A stretch of DNA of 64,000 nucleotides from Candidatus Calescibacterium sp. GTDB taxonomy: Bacteria; DRYD01. The notes below the pieces were generated by a model. The model was not told the DNA's origin. It did not search any database and saw only the letters and a list, made by a program, of their open reading frames with translations. Of this stretch, positions 57,055 through 64,000 are shown piece by piece. The translations under genes and the position numbers were made by a program. The DNA is taken from assembly GCA_025059235.1 (NCBI GenBank), contig JANXCV010000003.1, positions 131,509 through 195,508 of the forward strand, given 5' to 3'. Positions within the stretch are counted from its first letter, which is position 1; every line of letters begins with the position of its first letter.

Positions 57055-59039
57055 TTTTTAAACCATTCTAGAATTCTTTTCAATCTATCTATTCTTAGGT
57101 CTGGTGGACCATTTCTACTCATACTGTGATTCGTTTCTAACGGATATCTTACAAATAAGACTTCTTTCTTTAGTCTTTTCAGTACTGTGTAAAGTTGTTC
57201 TGCTTGTGAGATTGGACACCTTAGATCTCCCTCACTGTGAATTATCATCAATGGTGTATTTATGTTTTGTGCGTATTTTAGAGGGGACTGGTTCCATAGT
57301 TTATCTATTTGGTTCCAGAAATTACCTTGCCAGTATCCGTTTTCCATAAATGGCAGATCTGTAGTTGAAGCCATGCTTACTAAATCTACGACACTTCTAT
57401 CGGTTACAGCGCATTTGAAGAGGTTTGTATGTGCTATTGTCCAGTTTGTCAGGTACCCTCCATAGCTTCCCCCTATAATACCTAAGTTATCTCTATCTAC
57501 GAAGGAAAATTTACAAACGAATTCAATACCAGCCATGATGTCTTTGTAATCTATATTTCCCCAGTCTCCTCTTATGATTGAGGCAAAGTCTTCTTCCCTT
57601 CCCATACTCCCACGAGGATTGGTGTAAAAGACTATGATGTTTTGTGAAGCAATCACTTGAAATTCATGGAAAAAAGTGTTTCCATACTGAGCATGTGGAC
57701 CACCATGTATATACAGTACCAATGGATATTTCCGGGTTGGATTAAAGTCTGGAGGCTTCATTATCCATCCCTGTATCTCTTTCCCGTCAAAACTATTAAA
57801 AAATACTTCTTCTACCGAACATAGCAAAATGTCATCTATCCAATTATTTAAATTTGTTATCTTTCCCAGCTTATTTTCTCTTATAAAGAATAATTCATTT
57901 GGCAATGATACTGTACTTATGCTTACTATTTGGAAATCCTGTGATATATCATATGAAAAGATATCTATTTTGGAGTTAGTTAAATTTTCTAATTCCTTGC
58001 TATCTATGTTTACTCTGTATAAATTACAATTCCCTGAATCACTGACGAGAAAATAAATGAATTTCCCATCTTTACTCCATTTAGGTTTAAGACTAAGAAA
58101 ATCTTTAATATCTGAGAGTGTCGAATTACCTATGTTTCTATCTAATCTGTCTGTTAAACATACTATTTCATGATTACTCAGATTTATTAGCCAAAGTTTG
58201 TTGTTTTTGGGGACCCAGGGATCTTCATTACTCTTATATCCTACGAAGCATAGTAGTTTATCGTCGGGAGAGATAGAGAGAAAGTTCTTATAACCTTCAA
58301 AAGTTTTTATCTTTTGCAGTTTGTTATCTTCAAGGTTTATCATCCATAGATCTATGAGGAAAGGTAGATTTTCTGGATCATGACTACGATTTGATAGGAA
58401 AAATATACGAGAGCCATCATTTGACAGCACAGGGGAGTAATCATCGAACTCTCCTTCGGTTACTTGCCAAGCTTTTCCATTTTCTGGTTCTAAAATCCAA
58501 ATCTTTTGATAATTATCTAAAAAGCCTACCCCATCTAACCTATAGTATATTCTATTGATTATTCTCGGAGGATTTGAAAGGTTATTATTTTTTCTTTTCT
58601 CGATATATTCTTTTGTCCACTGGATATCTTTGGGTCTAAAGCTAAAGACTATTCTGTTGTTATTGGAAATACTCAACTCTGAAATATGTCCTTCAGGTAG
58701 ATTACTTACTTTATAGGCCTCTCCTCCAAAAGCATTTATACACCAAATTTGTGTGTCCTCATCTTTTGTCCTTATAAAAAATATCTTTTGACCATCTCTA
58801 GACCAGATGGGGGATCTATCAAAAACGTCTCCATGAGTGAACTGGTAATAATCTTTGGTCGTCAAATCAAGAATCCATAGATGAGAATTGTATTTATTTT
58901 TTTCCCTATTTACTATTTTTACCGTAAAAACACACTTTTTTTGATCTGGACTTATTTCTATGTTTCCCAGGTATTTTATTAAGAATAGGTCTTCTATGCT
59001 AATTTTACGCTTGGACATCCAATATTCTGAAAATTTCAT
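57030..59039 (-). CDS. S9-family serine peptidase (acylaminoacyl-peptidase/prolyl oligopeptidase type) with an N-terminal beta-propeller
   Basis: Propeller-like repeats are present (SPDQKK, WSRDGQKIFF, LSNDGSRIFF, SPDDKLL, WSKDGKFIYF). The hydrolase domain has YIHGGPH, the catalytic GGSYGGYLT, HSEGDLRCP and NHSM. There is no signal peptide. Confidence 0.85.
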   Translation of the reverse strand: MKFSEYWMSKRKISIEDLFLIKYLGNIEISPDQKKCVFTVKIVNREKNKYNSHLWILDLTTKDYYQFTHGDVFDRSPIWSRDGQKIFFIRTKDEDTQIWCINAFGGEAYKVSNLPEGHISELSISNNNRIVFSFRPKDIQWTKEYIEKRKNNNLSNPPRIINRIYYRLDGVGFLDNYQKIWILEPENGKAWQVTEGEFDDYSPVLSNDGSRIFFLSNRSHDPENLPFLIDLWMINLEDNKLQKIKTFEGYKNFLSISPDDKLLCFVGYKSNEDPWVPKNNKLWLINLSNHEIVCLTDRLDRNIGNSTLSDIKDFLSLKPKWSKDGKFIYFLVSDSGNCNLYRVNIDSKELENLTNSKIDIFSYDISQDFQIVSISTVSLPNELFFIRENKLGKITNLNNWIDDILLCSVEEVFFNSFDGKEIQGWIMKPPDFNPTRKYPLVLYIHGGPHAQYGNTFFHEFQVIASQNIIVFYTNPRGSMGREEDFASIIRGDWGNIDYKDIMAGIEFVCKFSFVDRDNLGIIGGSYGGYLTNWTIAHTNLFKCAVTDRSVVDLVSMASTTDLPFMENGYWQGNFWNQIDKLWNQSPLKYAQNINTPLMIIHSEGDLRCPISQAEQLYTVLKRLKKEVLFVRYPLETNHSMSRNGPPDLRIDRLKRILEWFKKWLLTKTD

Positions 59040-60342
59040 GCGGATTGATATAGAAGTACGGATAATCTCTAGAACTCAAACTTTTATATTCTTCAAACAA
59101 CCTTTCTACCTGTATTTCTAGTATTTCGGTTAGTTTATACAAATCTTCTAACTTTTCTTTTATTTGTTCAACTATCATTTGATTTATCTGGTTAATTTGC
59201 TTAGTTAGTTCTTTTTTTATACCTCTGTTTTCTTTTTTGTTTATTTCGTTTAGTATTTGATTCTTTTTCCTGAGTAAGTCTTTGTCTATATCGTATTCTA
59301 TTTTACTGATCATTGTTTGGATGTCATCTAGGGTTAGAAATTTTTGATATTCTGTTAACGAATTGAGGATTTTTCTTAGTTTTTCAGGATTAACAAAAAT
59401 CGAGGTTTTAAAGGAGTTTATTATACTCTTTGCTCTGATTATTTTTTGAGTATCTATTTTTAATGGGATTGAGAGGGTTACTACGGTAGTAGGTGGGGGG
59501 GATTGAGAAAGTAGGTTAGCTGCTATATGATCAGCTACAAAATTATAATACGAACTGCCTACCCCTAAGATATCTGTTCTATCTTTATATAAAAAGTATC
59601 TTCTAAAGATTGCCCATGCTACTGCTTTAGGTCTTACTTGAGATAAATCCAAATCTAATTCTTTATCCAAATACATGGTTTTTCTCTCATTCCCTTGTAT
59701 TAACCAAAAGGGTAGTTCATTATTTTCTAACTCCTTTATCGGGTAGAATCCTACTGACTCTCTGAATATCCTTATAGCTTCGTTATATAACTCTTTGAAA
59801 TCATGGTAATTATCGATGACCCAGTAGAAAAAATCTTTAATTTCCTTTGATAGCTCAGAAAGTAATCTAACCTCAAATCTGATATTTATCCCATATTTTT
59901 CAAAAAACTTTATCATTAGATTATTCCAAAATAAAGTGAATTTGTCTGTTTGCTGGGTTTGAAGGATTGAGAGAAAAAGCTGAATGTTCTGTTTTGTTTC
60001 AGGATCTTCTATCAGTTCCTCATAGCTTCTAGAGCAATCATAAACGAATTCTTTGATTTTATTAATATCATCATGGTCAAGTCTTTCTATGGGTTTGTTA
60101 AGATTTAGTGACTTTGATAAAAATTTGAATTCAGCCCTATCGGAATCATTATAAACTATTACCTTATCCCTTTTCTTGTAGAGAAACTTAGATATTATAC
60201 CGGGAGTATATATTGTAGGTTGATGAGAGGTAATATAGGAACCATTTTCAGGAGGAACTATACTTAAAATCAGACTCTCATTAAAACTGGGAATCCTTAC
60301 TTTCTTTATATTCTCAAGAACTTCAAAATTTATAGTTTTCAT
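59005..60342 (-). CDS. hypothetical protein with BshC-like sequence blocks
   Basis: Three blocks, in order, echo BshC-family blocks as I recall them (QQ.G...GP.Y...K; F....eR; RP...q.....aY.gGpgE..Yw). They are SHQPTIYTPGIISKFLYK, ELPFWLIQGNERKTMYL and VRPKAVAWAIFRRYFLYKDRTDILGVGSSYYNF. This is unverified. Confidence 0.35.
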   Translation of the reverse strand: MKTINFEVLENIKKVRIPSFNESLILSIVPPENGSYITSHQPTIYTPGIISKFLYKKRDKVIVYNDSDRAEFKFLSKSLNLNKPIERLDHDDINKIKEFVYDCSRSYEELIEDPETKQNIQLFLSILQTQQTDKFTLFWNNLMIKFFEKYGINIRFEVRLLSELSKEIKDFFYWVIDNYHDFKELYNEAIRIFRESVGFYPIKELENNELPFWLIQGNERKTMYLDKELDLDLSQVRPKAVAWAIFRRYFLYKDRTDILGVGSSYYNFVADHIAANLLSQSPPPTTVVTLSIPLKIDTQKIIRAKSIINSFKTSIFVNPEKLRKILNSLTEYQKFLTLDDIQTMISKIEYDIDKDLLRKKNQILNEINKKENRGIKKELTKQINQINQMIVEQIKEKLEDLYKLTEILEIQVERLFEEYKSLSSRDYPYFYINPHEIFRILDVQA

Positions 60343-61176
60343 TTATATTATCTTCATCTTAGATTTTGTGAGCTTAGACAAATCTCTAAGAATTCTATTC
60401 AAGTCTACATCGTTTATTGATTCCTTTATCTCCAATAGTTTGGGAACAACTTGGGTAAAATCTTCTTTTATCGATTTGTATAAATCTATTACGAAATCTA
60501 GGTCAGTAAATTTATACGGGTTGAAAAAACCATTTCTATATCCTAAAAAAGCTAGATTCATAGTATTTGGGATGAACTCGCTGTACTCAAAAGGAGTTAT
60601 TTCTTCTACCTCTTCTCTGATCAAATTTGTCTTGACATTATACTGATTTTGGTAATAATCTATTATCTCGTCTATCTTGTTTTCTCCATACAAATAAATC
60701 CACATTGTACCATTTATATTTACAACTGAACATCTGAATAAATTATCGAATATATGGTCTATAAAATTATGGCTTATATGACTTTCAAGCTTTAGTTTGT
60801 ACAGGTTTACCTTTTGACTCAAAGGATATCTTGCAAACGAGACATATATACCATTACTTTTTAACAGTTCTTCGGTATCTGGTATTCTGTCGATCATGGA
60901 AATATTGGTAAACGATATATCGCTTTCTTGGATTATATATACTTTTTTGCTTTTTATGCCTATTTTATTTCTCCAGAATAGGAAAGTGTTGTCCAAAGAA
61001 TAGTGTAGATTTTGGTAGGGGATTTCCAATTCTTCTAGTTTTTCTTGGGAAATAGTATATACTTTATCTTGTGGTTTTGTTATGGATATGTTTGAATTTT
61101 CAAGTATTTTGGAAAGAATTAGTCCATGGATTGGGTCTGCATAGATATTTATTATCTTTTGAATTGCTTTGTTCAT
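60343..61176 (-). CDS. hypothetical protein
   Basis: The 277 aa ORF abuts the next gene with no gap. I recognise no motif. The N-terminus INIYADPIHGLILSKIL looks like a degenerate dinucleotide-binding strand-loop-helix, but the glycines are missing. Confidence 0.5.
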   Translation of the reverse strand: MNKAIQKIINIYADPIHGLILSKILENSNISITKPQDKVYTISQEKLEELEIPYQNLHYSLDNTFLFWRNKIGIKSKKVYIIQESDISFTNISMIDRIPDTEELLKSNGIYVSFARYPLSQKVNLYKLKLESHISHNFIDHIFDNLFRCSVVNINGTMWIYLYGENKIDEIIDYYQNQYNVKTNLIREEVEEITPFEYSEFIPNTMNLAFLGYRNGFFNPYKFTDLDFVIDLYKSIKEDFTQVVPKLLEIKESINDVDLNRILRDLSKLTKSKMKII

Positions 61177-61192
61177 ATTTGGCTCTCCTTGT

Positions 61193-62770
61193 TCAGTGTA
61201 GTTCTAGGTAAGGTAGTAGGCCGTGTAAACCTCCTTCTCTGCCGAATCCGCTTTCTTTGTATCCTCCAAACGGTGAGGATGGATCAAATTGGTTGTATGT
61301 ATTTGCCCATATTACGCCTGCTCTTATATGTTTTGACATTTCCAATAACCTTGCAGGATTATTCGTCCATATACCTGCTGATAAACCGTAAAAGGTATTA
61401 TTTGCTTTTTCTATTGCTTCTTGGGGATCTCTGAATGTTATTATTGCTAGGACTGGACCTAAGATTTCTTCCCTTGCTATAGTACATGATTGCGTAACGT
61501 TTGTGAAGAATGTTGGGGGAAACCAATAACCTCTTTCAGGAAGTTTACACTCCTTCTGATAAAGTATACAGCCTTCTTTTTTACCTATTTCCACATAATG
61601 TTTGATTTTTTCTAATTGCATAGAGGAATTTATTGCTCCCATATCTGTATTTTTGTCAAGAGGATCACCTATCCTGATAGTCTTTATTCTGTCTTTTAAT
61701 TTTTGTATGATGGTAGGGAGGATGGATTCTTGAACTAATAACCTTGAACCTGCATAACAAATATGCCCTTGGTTGAAGTATATTCCTTTTATTATTGCTT
61801 CTACTGCTTGATCTATTGGAGCATCTTCTAGAATTATATGTGGACCTTTGCCTCCCAGTTCTAACGTCAACTTTTTATTTTTAGCGTTTTTTAGTATGGT
61901 TTTTCCTACTTCTGTGGAGCCTGTGAAAGATATTTTTTTTATGTCCGGATGTTTGACTATTAGCGATCCTGTATATCCGTTGCCGGTTATTATGTTTACT
62001 ACACCTTCTGGTAAGTCTGCCTCTTGGATTATTTCTGCTAGAATTAAAGCTGTTAACGGTGTTGTTTCTGCTGGTTTGAGAACCACGGTATTCCCACAGG
62101 CCAGAGCGGGTGCTATCTTCCGTGCAGCCATTAGTAGTGGGAAATTCCAGGGTATTATTTGGCCGACTACTCCTATTGGTGAGATTTTTCTATTTGCAAA
62201 AGCGTATTCTAATTTGTCTGCCCAACCGGCGTAATAAAAGAAATGCTGAGCACTTTGAGGGATGTCAAAATCTCTTGTTTCTCTTATTGGCTTACCGTTG
62301 TCCATGGTTTCTATTACTGCTAGTTCTTGTGCTCTTTCTTGTATCATCCTAGCTATTTTGTATATGTATTTTACTCTATCTTTGGGTTTTGTTTTTGACC
62401 AATATTTTTCGTAAGCTGTTTTAGCTGCTTCTACTGCTTTGTTGATATCTTCTTCAGTTGCATAAGCTACATGTGTTAAAACTTCTTCGGTTGCAGGATT
62501 GATCGTCGGGAAATATCTACCTGATGAAGGCTTTACGAATTTACCCCCTATGAAAAGATCATAATTATCCTTTAATTTTATGTGGGAATTATCTTCTGGG
62601 GATTTAGAATAATCCCATACCCCAAAAAATTTGAGTTCCTGTATTTCTTGGGGTTTTAACTGTGAGGATTTTTGTATTATTGATTCGATTTCTTTTGTTT
62701 CGATGGAATTTGGAAAGACCTGGTCTTTTTGTGTTTGTATGAGATCTGCTTGAGTTTCCTTTTTGTTCAT
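61193..62770 (-). CDS. NAD(P)-dependent aldehyde dehydrogenase
   Basis: Blocks present: LFIGGKFV, PWNFPL, FTGSTEVGK, ELGGKGP, YFNQGHICYAGSRLLV (catalytic Cys context), EEILGPV, PFGGYKESGFGRE. I place the start at ATG 62770, with GAGGTGA 5 nt upstream, 11 nt after the upstream stop. The track's 62812 start would overlap the upstream gene. Confidence 0.9.
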   Translation of the reverse strand: MNKKETQADLIQTQKDQVFPNSIETKEIESIIQKSSQLKPQEIQELKFFGVWDYSKSPEDNSHIKLKDNYDLFIGGKFVKPSSGRYFPTINPATEEVLTHVAYATEEDINKAVEAAKTAYEKYWSKTKPKDRVKYIYKIARMIQERAQELAVIETMDNGKPIRETRDFDIPQSAQHFFYYAGWADKLEYAFANRKISPIGVVGQIIPWNFPLLMAARKIAPALACGNTVVLKPAETTPLTALILAEIIQEADLPEGVVNIITGNGYTGSLIVKHPDIKKISFTGSTEVGKTILKNAKNKKLTLELGGKGPHIILEDAPIDQAVEAIIKGIYFNQGHICYAGSRLLVQESILPTIIQKLKDRIKTIRIGDPLDKNTDMGAINSSMQLEKIKHYVEIGKKEGCILYQKECKLPERGYWFPPTFFTNVTQSCTIAREEILGPVLAIITFRDPQEAIEKANNTFYGLSAGIWTNNPARLLEMSKHIRAGVIWANTYNQFDPSSPFGGYKESGFGREGGLHGLLPYLELH

Positions 62771-62781
62771 TGGGTTCACCT

Positions 62782-64000
62782 CTATGGATACATGTTGATG
62801 CTTTTGAACCATTGGTTGAGTTTTTCTTTTCTTTCGGTATCGTTTTTAGGGAGTGTAAGTGGTCGTCCTCTTCCATCGAATATTATTCCTACTACTCCTC
62901 CTTTGACTTCCTTGGTATCGATTTTCTCTTCTCGTGATAGCTTAAATTTGTTATGTAAGTATTTGATATTAATTTTAGCGTTTCCTTTTATTGGTACTAC
63001 TTTTATTTCTCCACTTAGTAGTGTAACATCGTAGGTTTTGTTAGATTCTGTATCTATAACTTCAGCTTCTAGTATTTTGACTCCTTCTTTTTCTTTTCCA
63101 ACAGGACATATACAGGTTCCTAGGTATATTAGGCAGTCTTTTTCGAATACTTCTGTTGCTGCTTTTTCGTGGACTGTTGATAGTACTCCCAAGTGGGGCA
63201 TCATGAATATACTGTCTACTGTAAGTAGGGTGAACCCATATGGTTCAAATGCGTCTATCATCATCATTGCGCTCTGGTTTCTTCTGGGAGCGTGTGATAG
63301 AACTCCTCCACTTCCTACAATCATATCTAATTCGAACATGTCGATAATTGTTTCACCACTTTCTGTTTGGCTAAATGCATCGGATATACTTCTTTCTTTC
63401 CGTCTTCCTTTTAGTCCTACTGCTAGGAGTTTATGTTGAGCGAAAGACAGTTTCAGTGCTTCCCTACATATTGCTTGCTCTATCATAAGATCTTTAAGTA
63501 GGTAGGGGATTGTCGTCGGTCTTATCATTTTGTTTTTAATGGCGTTTCTTAGTTGAACTATGTCTGTGTCGAAAGGTATCCATCTGAGAACGTTCTCTAT
63601 CCCTGCATCTTTCAGAACTTGGGCTATTGAGTAACTCATTCCATAGTTTGCACTTACGCTTCTGTTAAATATCCATTCGTTGTCTTGTTTTATTACTGAG
63701 AATACGTCGGTTGTTGCTCCTCCTATATCTACTCCTACTAGGTTTATGTTGTTCTTTTTAGATATTTTTTGCATGATGAGTCCGACTGCTGCTGGTGTTG
63801 GCATTATCTCTACGTCTACCATTTCCATGAGTTTCTTGTATCCAGGAGCTTGAGCCATTACATGTTCTAGGAACAGTTCTTGTATTATTAGTCTTGCAGG
63901 TTGTAGATTTTCTTCGTCCAGAGTTGGTCTTAGGTTGTCTGCTATTCTGAGCTCTACCAATTTAGAAAGGATTCTGGATATTTCTTCTCTTGCGTTTTTA
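62782..64000 (-). CDS. GlmL/MutL-family (glutamate-mutase-accessory-like, actin-fold ATPase) protein; the N-terminus lies beyond the window end
   Basis: LVGVDIGGATTDVFSV and MIVGSGGVLSHAP are the phosphate-binding blocks of the GlmL family. The reading frame stays open from 63960 to the window edge (..NAREEISRILSKLVELRI..), so the track's ATG at 63960 is probably internal. Confidence 0.7.
   Translation of the reverse strand, partial: KNAREEISRILSKLVELRIADNLRPTLDEENLQPARLIIQELFLEHVMAQAPGYKKLMEMVDVEIMPTPAAVGLIMQKISKKNNINLVGVDIGGATTDVFSVIKQDNEWIFNRSVSANYGMSYSIAQVLKDAGIENVLRWIPFDTDIVQLRNAIKNKMIRPTTIPYLLKDLMIEQAICREALKLSFAQHKLLAVGLKGRRKERSISDAFSQTESGETIIDMFELDMIVGSGGVLSHAPRRNQSAMMMIDAFEPYGFTLLTVDSIFMMPHLGVLSTVHEKAATEVFEKDCLIYLGTCICPVGKEKEGVKILEAEVIDTESNKTYDVTLLSGEIKVVPIKGNAKINIKYLHNKFKLSREEKIDTKEVKGGVVGIIFDGRGRPLTLPKNDTERKEKLNQWFKSINMYP

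Noticed and set aside
62771-62812. ATG 62812 as the aldehyde dehydrogenase start
   Set aside because: It would overlap the upstream GlmL-like gene by 31 nt and has no SD. ATG 62770 has GAGGTGA at ideal spacing just after the upstream stop.

Overview
By eye this is a very AT-rich, tightly packed bacterial chromosome segment; GC content was not computed. I call about 62 protein-coding genes and 2 tRNAs, tRNA-Gly(GCC) and tRNA-Ala(GGC). I saw no rRNA, CRISPR array, transposase, integrase or prophage. Many neighbouring genes abut or overlap by 1-40 nt, so most of the window reads as long co-directional operons. The content is mostly housekeeping. It includes tgt, kamA, hslU, deoB, an alkaline phosphatase, yraN, a comEC-like gene, a sigma factor, ftsE, a GAF/HD-GYP protein, mutM, a GAF/PP2C phosphatase, trxB, gmd, rsmH, alr, infC, trmB, a membrane pyrophosphatase, prmA, bamA, an aldehyde dehydrogenase and a GlmL-like protein. 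BamA, a terminal-Phe small outer-membrane protein candidate and the heptose/GT9 genes indicate a diderm. The fliM-fliN-fliO-fliP-fliQ operon and a FliK-like gene indicate a flagellated organism. I did not find a convincing defence island or mobile element. The best candidates for something undescribed are five. (1) A translationally coupled six-gene block (53239-61176) upstream of bamA, made almost entirely of proteins with only motif-level resemblance to known families. (2) Two divergent thermolysin(M4)-like paralogs without signal peptides. Each lies in a transcription unit whose upstream intergenic region carries a copy of a near-identical T-rich direct-repeat motif (TTTACA-N5-TTTACA), although the motif's orientation relative to the gene differs between the two. 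(3) C-rich, G-poor trailers after both tRNA genes. (4) A FliM lacking the canonical CheY-P docking peptide. (5) A 408-nt non-coding spacer in an otherwise gap-free region. All functional calls rest on motif recognition by eye from the translations. No database search was run.
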